A stretch of 64,000 nt of DNA, taken from positions 3,355 to 67,354 of the forward strand of contig CABXJR010000003.1 of assembly GCA_902512655.1 (NCBI GenBank), given 5' to 3'. Positions 9,556-18,967 of the stretch are shown one piece after another (position 1 is the first letter of the stretch; each line of letters opens with the position of its first letter). Under the pieces are notes generated by a model, which saw only the letters and a program-made list of their open reading frames with translations, was not told the origin of the DNA and did not search any database. The translations under genes and the position numbers were made by a program. This stretch comes from an uncultured SAR86 cluster bacterium. GTDB taxonomy: Bacteria > Pseudomonadota > Gammaproteobacteria > Magnimaribacterales > D2472.

Positions 9556-10032
9556 ATGATGGTCAAAAATTTAGAAGGGGGGAAATGCCCTAAATTTAGT
9601 GCTGAGGCAACTAGCGAACAAACTATATCAAATCAAACCTACAAAGATAAAAACGTTGTAATTTATTTTTACCCTAAAGACTCAACTCCTGGCTGCACAA
9701 TAGAAGGTCAGGAATTCAGAGATAATTATAAAAAGTTTAAAAAATGTAATACAGAAATTTTAGGCGTATCAAGGGAATCTATTAAGTCTCATGAAAACTT
9801 TAAATCCAAGCAAAATTTCCCCTTTGAACTTTTATCTGACCCAGATGAAAAAGTTTGCAAAGCTTTTGATGTTATGAAGATGAAATCAATGTATGGAAGA
9901 CAATATATGGGTGTCGATAGAAGTACTTTTATTGTTAATGATCAAGGTAAAATTATTAAAGAGTGGAGATCAGTTAAAGTAAAGGGGCATGTACAAGAAG
10001 TACTAGAAACTGTACAGAAATTATTTAAATAA
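9556..10032 (+). CDS. bcp: Thiol peroxidase / peroxiredoxin Bcp
   Basis: 158 aa. Peroxidatic Cys motif YPKDSTPGCT. Divergent from dapA, as in enterics. Confidence 0.9.
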   Translation: MMVKNLEGGKCPKFSAEATSEQTISNQTYKDKNVVIYFYPKDSTPGCTIEGQEFRDNYKKFKKCNTEILGVSRESIKSHENFKSKQNFPFELLSDPDEKVCKAFDVMKMKSMYGRQYMGVDRSTFIVNDQGKIIKEWRSVKVKGHVQEVLETVQKLFK

Positions 10033-10041
10033 TAAATATTT

Positions 10042-11094
10042 TTAAGCTAAGTTTTCTGGCCATGAATTCCAAATAGCTTTAATTAGTGTTGCAATGGGGA
10101 TAGCAAAAAATACTCCCCAAAAGCCGAACATGCTACCAAATACAAAAACCGCGAGCATTATAATTACCGGGTGAAGCTTTACTGCATCAGAAAAAAGTAT
10201 AGGTACTAACAAATAACCATCAAGTATCTGCAAAATTATATAAACTCCAAGTAAAAGCCAGAAATCAAACGTAAGTCCAAACTGAAGAAGTCCAATGGCT
10301 GCAACAGGAATGGTTACTATGAAAGCTCCTAAAAAAGGTATCAGAACAGAGAAACCAACCAGAACTGATAAAAGTGCAATATATTGCAAGCCAAAGAAAA
10401 TAAAGATTGCAGCTGCAGCCAAACCAACAATTACAATTTCAATTGCCTTACCTCTTGCATAATTACTTAATTGATCATCCATCTCAACCCATACTTTTTC
10501 GAGCATGCCTCTTTCTTTAGGCAAAATAGCTAAAAAACTTGAAATAATGGATTCCCTGTCAAACAAAAAGAAAAAAACGAGAATAGGTAAAAGAATTAAA
10601 TTTATTGCAACAGTAACCGTATTTTGAATTCCAGTAATTGAAGCCTTTAAAAAGTCTTGTGAGATAGATGTGATCTGCCCAGAAAGACTTTGTAAAAATG
10701 TTGTAATTTGGTCAGAGGAAATTAAATCAGGGTATTTTGAAGGAATATCTTGAACAAATATCATCAAAGAATTCACCCATTTTGGAATTTCCAGAATTAA
10801 TGATTGAAGCTGCTGATAAACCAATGGGCCTAACCAAATAATCATTGCTATGCCTACCAATAAAAAGAAGCAGTATGTAAGAATTAATGAGGCTAGTTTG
10901 TTAATCCCGTATTGCTCGAAACGAGACTGCATGCCTATAAGCAAATAAGCCAAAATAAGACTTGCCAGAAAGGGTGTTAAAATACCTCCTAAAAAAAACA
11001 GAGTTAAAAAAAACCCTGTTAGCAATAATGCAAAAACAAGAGTTTCTTCATTTGAAAAAACTTTCTTTAATAGATTATTTAACTCTTCTAGCAC
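10042..11094 (-). CDS. perM: AI-2E family (PerM/YdiK, UPF0118) membrane transporter
   Basis: 350 aa polytopic membrane protein with the family-typical C-terminus GFWGVFFAIPIA. Divergent from bepA, as for E. coli perM/yfgC. Confidence 0.75.
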   Translation of the reverse strand: MLEELNNLLKKVFSNEETLVFALLLTGFFLTLFFLGGILTPFLASLILAYLLIGMQSRFEQYGINKLASLILTYCFFLLVGIAMIIWLGPLVYQQLQSLILEIPKWVNSLMIFVQDIPSKYPDLISSDQITTFLQSLSGQITSISQDFLKASITGIQNTVTVAINLILLPILVFFFLFDRESIISSFLAILPKERGMLEKVWVEMDDQLSNYARGKAIEIVIVGLAAAAIFIFFGLQYIALLSVLVGFSVLIPFLGAFIVTIPVAAIGLLQFGLTFDFWLLLGVYIILQILDGYLLVPILFSDAVKLHPVIIMLAVFVFGSMFGFWGVFFAIPIATLIKAIWNSWPENLA

Positions 11095-11185
11095 TTTTTA
11101 TATTTATATTTGTCTTAGAAATGCTATGTTAATTGAAATTACTCAATAGGTTAAGTTTAAATACAATTTAAAACATATAGATATA

Positions 11186-12613
11186 ATGATAAATCGTACT
11201 GTTTTTCTTTTATCGCTAATAACACAGCTATTATTTGCTCAAGAAAAAGATCTAAATTTACCTAGCTTAGGAGACCGTGTCTCTGGAGTAATATCTCTTG
11301 AGCAAGAAAAAATCTTAGGTCAAGGATTTTTAGAGCAAGTTTATGCTCAAGCTCCATTGATTAATGATCCAATAATACAAGAATATACTGAATTACTTAT
11401 ATACAGGCTTTCTGAAACGTCCCAAGTTAAAGATAGGCAATTTACGATTATATTAATTGATGAAAAATCACTTAATGCATTTGCAGCTCCAGGTGGTGTC
11501 ATTGGGGTAAATGGTGGTTTATTTTTAAATGCTGGGAATGAAGCTCAACTCGCTTCTGTATTGAGTCATGAATTGGCCCACTTAAGCCAACGTCATTTTG
11601 CTAGAAATATTCTGAGAGGAAAAGATACCAATCTAGCATCTTCCTTGGTCATGGTCTCAGCCATAGCCTTGGCCATTGTTTCAAATAATCCCACAGCTTT
11701 TATCGCAGGGCCAGCTGCTCTAGCTCAACAACAGCTCAGATATAGTCGTATTTTTGAACGAGAAGCTGATAGATATGGTTTTAATAATTTGATTGCTGCT
11801 GGATATGATCCGAAAGGGATGGGAGAGATGTTTGAAAGTATGGCAAAAACAAGAAAATTAGCAGGCGATAACCCCCCCGAATTTCTTCTGACACATCCAG
11901 TAACATCATCAAGGATAAGTGACGCATTTAATGCTGCTGAAAGAATAGAGTTCTCTGGTGGAAAAAAAAATACAGTAAATTTTGAATTTATTAAAGGAAG
12001 ATTAAAAACACGATATTTTTCATCCTCACCCCAAGCCGCTTCTAGATATTTCAAAAATTTATATCTAGAAAGCCCCTCAAATGAAAATAAATACGCGTAT
12101 GTAAAAGCCCTTAAATTAAATAATGAGGCAGATCTAGCAATAGATTTATTAAATGAGATGTTAGATAAATTTCCCAAGAATCTTATTTTAAATATTACAA
12201 AATCAGAGATTCTATTTCATGAGCAGCGTCTAGATGATGCACTTAAAAATATTAATAAAGTACTAAATATTTCTCCTAAAAATTATCCTGCATCTATTAT
12301 CAAATCAAAAATTCTTAGTGCAAAAAAAGATACCATTCAAGCTGAAGAAATTCTAAGAGATCTTTTAATTACTAAAAATAATGACCCAAGCCTTTGGCTT
12401 CAATTATCTGAAGTGCAAAGAGCTGGAAAGAATAGAATTGGCTATCATCTAAGCAGAGGAGAATACTTGATGCTTTTAGGAGATTTTGAAAATGCTTTGA
12501 ATCAATTTAGATTTGCATTAGGGCTCTCTAATAACTCGTTTCAAATTTCTGAGACGATCATGACAAAGATTAATCTTGCGCAAAAGAAACTTGGCACTAG
12601 AAGAGGTTTTTAA
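11186..12613 (+). CDS. bepA: Periplasmic M48 metalloprotease/chaperone BepA (YfgC) with TPR domain
   Basis: 475 aa. Signal peptide, HEXXH zinc site in LSHELAHLSQRH, EREADRYG, and a C-terminal TPR-like half. Confidence 0.85.
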   Translation: MINRTVFLLSLITQLLFAQEKDLNLPSLGDRVSGVISLEQEKILGQGFLEQVYAQAPLINDPIIQEYTELLIYRLSETSQVKDRQFTIILIDEKSLNAFAAPGGVIGVNGGLFLNAGNEAQLASVLSHELAHLSQRHFARNILRGKDTNLASSLVMVSAIALAIVSNNPTAFIAGPAALAQQQLRYSRIFEREADRYGFNNLIAAGYDPKGMGEMFESMAKTRKLAGDNPPEFLLTHPVTSSRISDAFNAAERIEFSGGKKNTVNFEFIKGRLKTRYFSSSPQAASRYFKNLYLESPSNENKYAYVKALKLNNEADLAIDLLNEMLDKFPKNLILNITKSEILFHEQRLDDALKNINKVLNISPKNYPASIIKSKILSAKKDTIQAEEILRDLLITKNNDPSLWLQLSEVQRAGKNRIGYHLSRGEYLMLLGDFENALNQFRFALGLSNNSFQISETIMTKINLAQKKLGTRRGF

Positions 12614-13872
12614 TTGCTAACGTTCTCTTTCGGGGGAATTCTGTATCCAAGTATTCCTAAATATGCAGCAAAAGGAATTGCCAATAATGGGATCTGTGAA
12701 AAAGCTACTCCAAAAGATTTAACAAATAAGATGAAGCCACTTCCAGAAAAATCTCCCATTCTGACCAAAAATGTATCAACCATAACTGTTGATTTATATC
12801 TATCTGTTCTTTTTAAGTAGCTAAAAACAACCTCTCTAGTTGGTTTATTAACGCCATATTCAAATAGTCTTAAAATAATTGTGATGATAAAGACATAGGT
12901 AATTGATGGATAAATATAATAACCAAGAAATGCACCCATAAATAAAAATCCATAAAACATTAGAATAGTTTTTGGTCCAGCAAATCTGATAATTGCTGAA
13001 GTTAAGAAGATTTGAGTGAACAAAGTGAGGATAGTTACTGTTTGTTCAATGTTGCTGAAGAAAACAATTCTATTGCCACCATCCGAGGACCAAGAATTTA
13101 CTATATCAATTGAGGTAACCCAATGAATGGTCATCATTGCAGTCCAGAGATACATATATAATCCTATAGATCTAATTTGAGAAGACGAAATAAGATTTTT
13201 TATTGCATCAAAGCTTGAGCCACCAGCTGCGCTATCAATGCCCTCCATAGATACAAATCTTTTAAGCAAAATAAGGCCTGTGATCAAAGATAACATTAAA
13301 AAAAGTATTGAAATTAATGTAAAAAAGATGATGCCAGATTCATTAAATGTTGAAGCCAATTGTTTAGAAATCTCAGAGCCAAGAAACGCTCCAAGCGAGC
13401 CACCAGCAGCAATGACTCCAAATACATTTGTTGCTCCATCTCCACGAAAGAGGTTGATAATTACCACCCAAAAAATCGAGACTACAAAAAAAGAATATAC
13501 ATTACACCAAATATAAAAAATTTGGCTTAACCAAACTGCCGAGGAAAGATTAAAAAATTCCCATAAAAAAATAAATGTAAATAAATTGAGAATAAAGAAT
13601 GAATAACACCCCACTAATACCCCTCTTAAATTTCTTCTTGATGCAAGCCATGAATAAATTGGATTTAATAAAAGCATTACAAAAGCTCCTACTCCCAAAA
13701 GGTATGGCAGTATATCTGAATTCTGAACGGCCATTTCATTTCTAACAGGTCGTAAAATATACCAGGAGCACAAAACTAAAAAAAAGAAAATGCCAGCAAG
13801 CCCTGATTCCTTAGTAAATGATAGAGAAAGCCTCTTAAATGAGCTTTTCATGAGGTTAATTAATATAGACAT
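12610..13872 (-). CDS. Polytopic membrane transporter, MFS-fold, possibly ATP:ADP antiporter (TLC/Npt)-family related
   Basis: 420 aa with about 11-12 hydrophobic helices. The N-terminal WYILRPVRNEMAV resembles the YS.LR..KD motif of TLC/Npt transporters. Judged by eye only. Confidence 0.35.
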   Translation of the reverse strand: MSILINLMKSSFKRLSLSFTKESGLAGIFFFLVLCSWYILRPVRNEMAVQNSDILPYLLGVGAFVMLLLNPIYSWLASRRNLRGVLVGCYSFFILNLFTFIFLWEFFNLSSAVWLSQIFYIWCNVYSFFVVSIFWVVIINLFRGDGATNVFGVIAAGGSLGAFLGSEISKQLASTFNESGIIFFTLISILFLMLSLITGLILLKRFVSMEGIDSAAGGSSFDAIKNLISSSQIRSIGLYMYLWTAMMTIHWVTSIDIVNSWSSDGGNRIVFFSNIEQTVTILTLFTQIFLTSAIIRFAGPKTILMFYGFLFMGAFLGYYIYPSITYVFIITIILRLFEYGVNKPTREVVFSYLKRTDRYKSTVMVDTFLVRMGDFSGSGFILFVKSFGVAFSQIPLLAIPFAAYLGILGYRIPPKENVSN

Positions 13873-13892
13873 TTATTAATTAAATAGTGCAA

Positions 13893-13968
13893 TGGTGGGT
13901 CGCACAGGATTCGAACCTGTGACCAATTCGTTAAAAGCGAACTGCTCTACCAACTGAGCTAGCGACCC
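13893..13968 (-). tRNA. lysT: tRNA-Lys (anticodon UUU)
   Basis: 76 nt. The minus strand reads GGGTCGCTAGCTCAGTTGGTAGAGCAGTTCGCTTTTAACGAATTGGTCACAGGTTCGAATCCTGTGCGACCCACCA, near-identical in architecture to E. coli tRNA-Lys. CCA is encoded. It follows cpoB, as in E. coli. Confidence 0.95.
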
Positions 13969-13996
13969 AAGATAGGATTCCATAAAAAAGATGTGA

Positions 13997-14632
13997 TTAT
14001 TCCATATTTTCTAATAACTGCAAGGCTAATGATGAAGCAGCATTTTCAGGAAATGTTTGAACAACAAATTGATATTTTATTTTTGCAGCACTGGGTTCAC
14101 CTGACATCATAAAAATATCACCAATTTTCTTATGAGCTAGCGGAGCTCGCCAATGATCAGGGAAGTCTGAAGCCAATCTTTGAAAAAACTTTTCACTTTC
14201 TTCAAGGTTAGATTCTAATAATAAAATTTCTCCAAGCCAAAAGAGACTTAAGGGAATTTTTTCATCATCATTAAAATTGTTGGCTAAATAATTGAAGGAT
14301 TGTTTGGCAGCTTCGAAATCTTTGTCATTTAACTCAGAAATTGCTTGGTCATAAACCTCATCAATGCTTTTGACATCATTAATACCTTCAAACCTAAATG
14401 TATTTATTTTAGATTCGGTTGTGTTATCAAGTGAAATTTTATTACCGGCTTGGTTTGATTCTTCATTTAATAATTTTTCTATGAGGTATGCTTGTGACTC
14501 TAACTCGCTCCTTAAACTTGCAAGCTCCCCTTCAAGCTCTTGTATTTTTAAAAATAAGATGTCAGATGAATCTACTTCTTGAGAATGAATTTGAACAGGC
14601 ACCAAGAAAAGAATGGTAAAAAAGAATTTCAT
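13997..14632 (-). CDS. cpoB: Tol-Pal system protein CpoB (YbgF), coiled coil plus TPR
   Basis: 211 aa. Signal peptide, an N-terminal coiled coil (ELEGELASLRSELE) and C-terminal TPR repeats. Last gene of the tol-pal cluster. Confidence 0.85.
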   Translation of the reverse strand: MKFFFTILFLVPVQIHSQEVDSSDILFLKIQELEGELASLRSELESQAYLIEKLLNEESNQAGNKISLDNTTESKINTFRFEGINDVKSIDEVYDQAISELNDKDFEAAKQSFNYLANNFNDDEKIPLSLFWLGEILLLESNLEESEKFFQRLASDFPDHWRAPLAHKKIGDIFMMSGEPSAAKIKYQFVVQTFPENAASSLALQLLENME

Positions 14633-14643
14633 TCAGCAGAAAA

Positions 14644-15129
14644 CTACTTGATTTCTACTCTTCTATTTTTTGACCACGCAGTATCATTTGAACCCAAGGA
14701 TAATGGTCTTTCTTCGCCATAACTTTTTGTAATTAATCTATTTCTCTTAACTCCGTTTGCAATTAAATAGTTTGCAACGGACTCGGCACGCCTTTGACCC
14801 AAAGCTAGGTTATATTCTCTAGTTCCTCTCTCATCAGCATGACCTTCAACTGATATTGTAATTTTTTGATTCCTTTTCATTAAATCACTAACGCCTTTTA
14901 AAGCTTGGATTGATTTAGATGTAAGATTGAATTGATCGTAGTCAAAGTAAACTACAGCATTTGCAAGCACGGCCTTAGTAGCTGTAGATTTTGATGTTAT
15001 TGAAACGCCAGCAACACTTTGATCTGAAACTGCCTCTTCCGTTATTTGGACAGAACTGCAAGCAGAAAAGATGAGCATTAATGATAAAGCGAGAAACGTA
15101 TTAATTGATTTGTTCATAAAAGATTCCAT
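14644..15129 (-). CDS. pal: Peptidoglycan-associated lipoprotein Pal
   Basis: 161 aa. Lipobox LIFSAC and an OmpA-like domain (YFDYDQF.., EGHADERGT.EYNLALGQRRA, NRRVEI). The start may be the internal ATG at 15117. Confidence 0.93.
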   Translation of the reverse strand: MESFMNKSINTFLALSLMLIFSACSSVQITEEAVSDQSVAGVSITSKSTATKAVLANAVVYFDYDQFNLTSKSIQALKGVSDLMKRNQKITISVEGHADERGTREYNLALGQRRAESVANYLIANGVKRNRLITKSYGEERPLSLGSNDTAWSKNRRVEIK

Positions 15130-15139
15130 TTAAAATATA

Positions 15140-16426
15140 TTATCGTAAAAAATTTGACCAAGCTGGCTCTCTAACTTCGCCCTTTGATGCTGGTAACTTA
15201 AACTTAGCACCGCTTAGACTAAAACCAGCAAGCAAGCTTAGATTTTCTTCTTTAATGCCATAGATTACCATATTACCGTTAGGAGCAACACTAGGTGATT
15301 CATCCATCTTTGCTTCGGTTAATATTCTGATAAAATTTTCTCTTTTGTACTTGAGAGCTATATGGAATAAACCATTACCAGATCGATGAACAAAAACAAT
15401 TCCCTCTTCATTTGGAAGATACGAAGCTTTTGCATTATATGTTCCTTCAAATGAAACGCGCTTAGCTTTTGGATTTAATTTTCTAAGATCCAGCTCATAA
15501 ATTTGAGGCGAACCAGAGCGACCGCTTGTGAACAAAATTTTGTTTCCTTTAGGAGACCAAGTGGACTCTGTATCAATTGCAAACTGATTGGTCATTCTGG
15601 TTAAAGTTCGATCACGCAGTCTTAAAATATAGATTTCTGCATTTCCATCTTGATAAAGTGTTAAGGAAAGGTATTTTCCATCAGGCGACCATGAAGGAGA
15701 GCTAATCTGAGTATCCTTTGACAAAACAGCCTCTCTTTTACCAGATGCAATCTCTTGAATAAATACTTTTGCCATCCCTGTTTCAAATGATACGTATGCA
15801 ACCATTTTCCCATCTGGTGACCACGATGGAGATATGATTGGTTCAGAGCTCGATAAAAGAGTTTTCTCATTAGCCCCGTCAGAATCAGCTAACATAAGTT
15901 TATATGTGGAGATACGTTGTGAATCTTTTATCTCGTTTACATACAAAAGCCTGGTTGCGGCTATGCCCTTAATTCCTGTTATTGACTCATAAATTCCATC
16001 GCTTGTGTAATGAGCTAGCTGCCTAATTTGATTTGGTATACCGAAAACTTTTGAACTACGGACTTTTCTTTTCTTATGAACATCATAGATTTCGTAATTA
16101 ATGTCTATAGAATTATTTGCTTTAATGATTGTACCAGTAACTAAATAATCCATTCCAAGTAATTTCCAATCACTGTATATCAACTCATCATCTATAATTT
16201 TCACAGGCAATAATAATTCCTCATCAAGAATTGAAAATTCGCCTGTTCGAATTAAATCATTCCTCATTATATTGTTAAGCTGCTTTGAAACCCTTGCATT
16301 GCCTTCAAAAGGAATCATTGCTACTTTGTATTGCTCTTCAGAGCCCTTGGTGATTTCTAAAAATAACTCTCCATAGCTCAGCATTGGAGCAAGCAGTAAA
16401 GTAAATAGTAAGAAATTTTTTTTCAT
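15140..16426 (-). CDS. tolB: Tol-Pal system beta-propeller protein TolB
   Basis: 428 aa. Signal peptide and repeated SPSWSPDGK propeller blades. Confidence 0.95.
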   Translation of the reverse strand: MKKNFLLFTLLLAPMLSYGELFLEITKGSEEQYKVAMIPFEGNARVSKQLNNIMRNDLIRTGEFSILDEELLLPVKIIDDELIYSDWKLLGMDYLVTGTIIKANNSIDINYEIYDVHKKRKVRSSKVFGIPNQIRQLAHYTSDGIYESITGIKGIAATRLLYVNEIKDSQRISTYKLMLADSDGANEKTLLSSSEPIISPSWSPDGKMVAYVSFETGMAKVFIQEIASGKREAVLSKDTQISSPSWSPDGKYLSLTLYQDGNAEIYILRLRDRTLTRMTNQFAIDTESTWSPKGNKILFTSGRSGSPQIYELDLRKLNPKAKRVSFEGTYNAKASYLPNEEGIVFVHRSGNGLFHIALKYKRENFIRILTEAKMDESPSVAPNGNMVIYGIKEENLSLLAGFSLSGAKFKLPASKGEVREPAWSNFLR

Positions 16427-17058
16427 GATGGATTGAAACTTATAGCTATTTCTTGAAACTCTTTTTCATAAAGAGATCTCGGAATCGAATTAAAAAAATT
16501 AAATGTCTCGACTCTTCTAACAGCTTGCAGGGCCGAGTTATCAAATCGAATGTTACCGCTACTTTTAATAAGATCTACTCCTTCTATTCTCCCAGAAGAA
16601 CGAATTTTGAGCCTTAAAGTTGCAACCAAATCTCCCGGTATATTTCTCGGTTTCATCCAAGCATCTTCTATCGAAGAAATGATTCTCTGCGCATACATTG
16701 AAATTTCTTGCTGCTCTTGATCCGCTTTAATCTCATTCTCTTCTAACAATAAACTAGCTATATTAGATTCTATAAATGCATCATCTTGAGAGCTCTCAGA
16801 AGCTTCTTTATTTTTTGAGTAGACAATATCTTGAGAGGATTGTATCGGAATGCTTGCATTAACCATGGTTGAAGTGGGAATTTTTTTTCGTATATTTTGA
16901 GACGGCAAATCAAACTTTAGCTCTATGAGCAGAGGTTTAGATATAAGAAGTGACTGAGAACTGTTAGCGTCAAAGGTTCCATATATATAAAGAAAAATAG
17001 CAGCATGGATGCAGAAGGAAAACAGCGATGCTTCTAAGTATCTATGATTCGCTATCAT
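16423..17058 (-). CDS. tolA: TolA (short form)
   Basis: 211 aa. N-terminal TM anchor, an acidic/polar linker and a TonB/TolA-like C-terminal domain. Lies between tolR and tolB. About half the E. coli length. Confidence 0.75.
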   Translation of the reverse strand: MIANHRYLEASLFSFCIHAAIFLYIYGTFDANSSQSLLISKPLLIELKFDLPSQNIRKKIPTSTMVNASIPIQSSQDIVYSKNKEASESSQDDAFIESNIASLLLEENEIKADQEQQEISMYAQRIISSIEDAWMKPRNIPGDLVATLRLKIRSSGRIEGVDLIKSSGNIRFDNSALQAVRRVETFNFFNSIPRSLYEKEFQEIAISFNPS

Positions 17059-17470
17059 AGCCTGAAGTAATAATTCCTATTTTTTGAATTCCTAAACTTT
17101 GAATGCCTGCCATACCCTTAGCGACATAATCGAAAGGCACATTAGCATCGCTTTTAAAGACGATCTCAATATCTGGATTTGCTTGATAAATAATTTTAGC
17201 CTTATTTTTTAATTCCATTAGAGAGATGGGTAATTGCTCTTCTCCTAAATTAATAAAATACCCTCCCTGCCTATCAATTGAAATTACAAGTGGCTCACTT
17301 GAGACTGACATCTTGGTTGTATCAGTTATTGGTAGATTCACCTCAATACCTTGAATAAGCAAAGGAGAGAGAACCATAAAAATAATTAAAAGCACTAACA
17401 TCACATCAATATACGGAACTACATTAATGTCTGCGTTTAACTTTTTCCTTTTGCCAATTCTATATATCAA
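17042..17470 (-). CDS. tolR: TolR (ExbD family)
   Basis: 142 aa. INVVPYIDVMLVLLIIFMV is the ExbD/TolR signature. Confidence 0.92.
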   Translation of the reverse strand: MIYRIGKRKKLNADINVVPYIDVMLVLLIIFMVLSPLLIQGIEVNLPITDTTKMSVSSEPLVISIDRQGGYFINLGEEQLPISLMELKNKAKIIYQANPDIEIVFKSDANVPFDYVAKGMAGIQSLGIQKIGIITSGYDSES

Positions 17471-18147
17471 AGCTTTGCTTTAACCGTTTGTCTATAAAGA
17501 ATGCTAGCTAACTCTTCACCAAATATAGAAGATTGTTGCAACTGAGTATCTGAATCTGACGCAAACCTGTTGTATGCAACAACCGCTGGAATTGCTGCAA
17601 AAAGACCCAAAGCTGTTGCAACTAGTGCTTCCGAGATTCCAGGAGCAACGGCATTAATTGTTGCTTGGGTGGCATCTGAAAGACCTTGAAAAGAATTAAT
17701 AATTCCCCAAACTGTTCCAAAGAGGCCGACATAAGGACTCACTGATCCAACATTAGCCAAAAAAGGAAGATGGCGCATTAGTGACTCCTCCTCTCTAGCC
17801 AAAGATACTCTTATAGCCCTGTTAACACTTTCAAGGTCCTCGATTGTTATTTGCTGATCCTCACTCAGTCTTAAAAATTCTCCAAATCCATGTCTAAAAA
17901 CTCGCAAAGATCCAATTAATTCTTCATTGGGAATTTCATCAATTCCAGCATACAGTTCATTAAGATCTTTCCCTGACCAGAATTCCTTTTCAAATTTCTT
18001 ATTGGCCTCTTTAATTCGGTTTAAATTAAAGTATCTTTCAAAAATAACAATCCATGAAATGATTGAAACCATTAACAATAAAACCATAACAGCTTGAACA
18101 ATCAAACTAGCCTGGAGAAATAAATCTATAACTGAAAAGTCACTCAT
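17467..18147 (-). CDS. tolQ: TolQ (MotA/ExbB family)
   Basis: 226 aa with three TM helices. PYVGLFGTVWGI and ALVATALGL motifs. Confidence 0.93.
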   Translation of the reverse strand: MSDFSVIDLFLQASLIVQAVMVLLLMVSIISWIVIFERYFNLNRIKEANKKFEKEFWSGKDLNELYAGIDEIPNEELIGSLRVFRHGFGEFLRLSEDQQITIEDLESVNRAIRVSLAREEESLMRHLPFLANVGSVSPYVGLFGTVWGIINSFQGLSDATQATINAVAPGISEALVATALGLFAAIPAVVAYNRFASDSDTQLQQSSIFGEELASILYRQTVKAKL

Positions 18148-18148
18148 A

Positions 18149-18565
18149 TTAGTTTTTAAATAATTTTAATAAGCCTAAAGGAAAAGCTTTTGGTTTGCCT
18201 GAGTCATTGTTTATAAAGCAGACTTCCACCTCTCCCTTGCAAATGAGTGTATCATTTTTTGCATTTAAAACAGATTGAAAAAATATAGTTCTTGCTTTGC
18301 TAACCAGCTCAATTTCAGTGCTTACAGTTAAGTCATCTTCTAATACTGCTGAATAGTAATATGAAAGATTAATTGATTTCACAACATAAGACTCATTGCC
18401 TTTAGACATTGCATCTGTTTGAGATAAGTTATTCTCAATTAAAAACTGAGATCTAGCTCTTTCTAAGTATTTAAGATAATTTGCATGGTAAACGACGCCT
18501 TGGAAATCAGTGTCTTCTACGTAAACTCTGCAGTAAAAATTCTTAGACTTGAAACGAGGATTCAT
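18149..18565 (-). CDS. ybgC: Tol-Pal-associated acyl-CoA thioesterase YbgC (4HBT hotdog fold)
   Basis: YVEDTDFQGVVYHANYLKY is the YbgC/4HBT catalytic-Asp motif. The track start at 18574 is TTG; I prefer ATG 18565. Confidence 0.88.
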   Translation of the reverse strand: MNPRFKSKNFYCRVYVEDTDFQGVVYHANYLKYLERARSQFLIENNLSQTDAMSKGNESYVVKSINLSYYYSAVLEDDLTVSTEIELVSKARTIFFQSVLNAKNDTLICKGEVEVCFINNDSGKPKAFPLGLLKLFKN

Positions 18566-18965
18566 GTTGCTCAATATCTACCTGAAAAAGGTAACGAAGA
18601 ATTTCTACAAAATCTTCCCACATCAAATCAATTGTCATAGGGGAAAAATCGAGTTCTGGAATTAAAGTTCCTGCCAATATTCTGACTTTAATTGGTCGAC
18701 GGTTAAACTTATAGATTAAGGCTGGAAACTCCCCTTCTCCAGTAGCTGCTAGCACTTGATCCCACCAATCTTGAGAAGGTTCAGAGCCATCGCCATATCT
18801 TTTGCATTCCAAACACCATCTTCCTAATTTCAAATCAGGCAATTCTTTTGTTCGCGTTTGCTCTAAAATTCTTTTAACAGGCTGATTTAAACCTAACTGT
18901 TCAACTAAAAGATTGCCAATTTCTCTTTCAAAATTAGCTCCTTTAGTTCTTGAGTTGATCGCCAA
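18543..18965 (-). CDS. Hjc-like PD-(D/E)XK nuclease, putative Holliday-junction resolvase
   Basis: 140 aa. KGANFEREIGNLL ... ELPDLKLGRWCLECK gives E13/E15, D44 and E53-x-K55 in the order seen in archaeal Hjc (KG..ERE / D / E-x-K). TTG start preceded by GAGGA-N6. It occupies the ruvCAB slot between yebC and ybgC. Confidence 0.55.
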   Translation of the reverse strand: MAINSRTKGANFEREIGNLLVEQLGLNQPVKRILEQTRTKELPDLKLGRWCLECKRYGDGSEPSQDWWDQVLAATGEGEFPALIYKFNRRPIKVRILAGTLIPELDFSPMTIDLMWEDFVEILRYLFQVDIEQHESSFQV

Positions 18966-18967
18966 AA

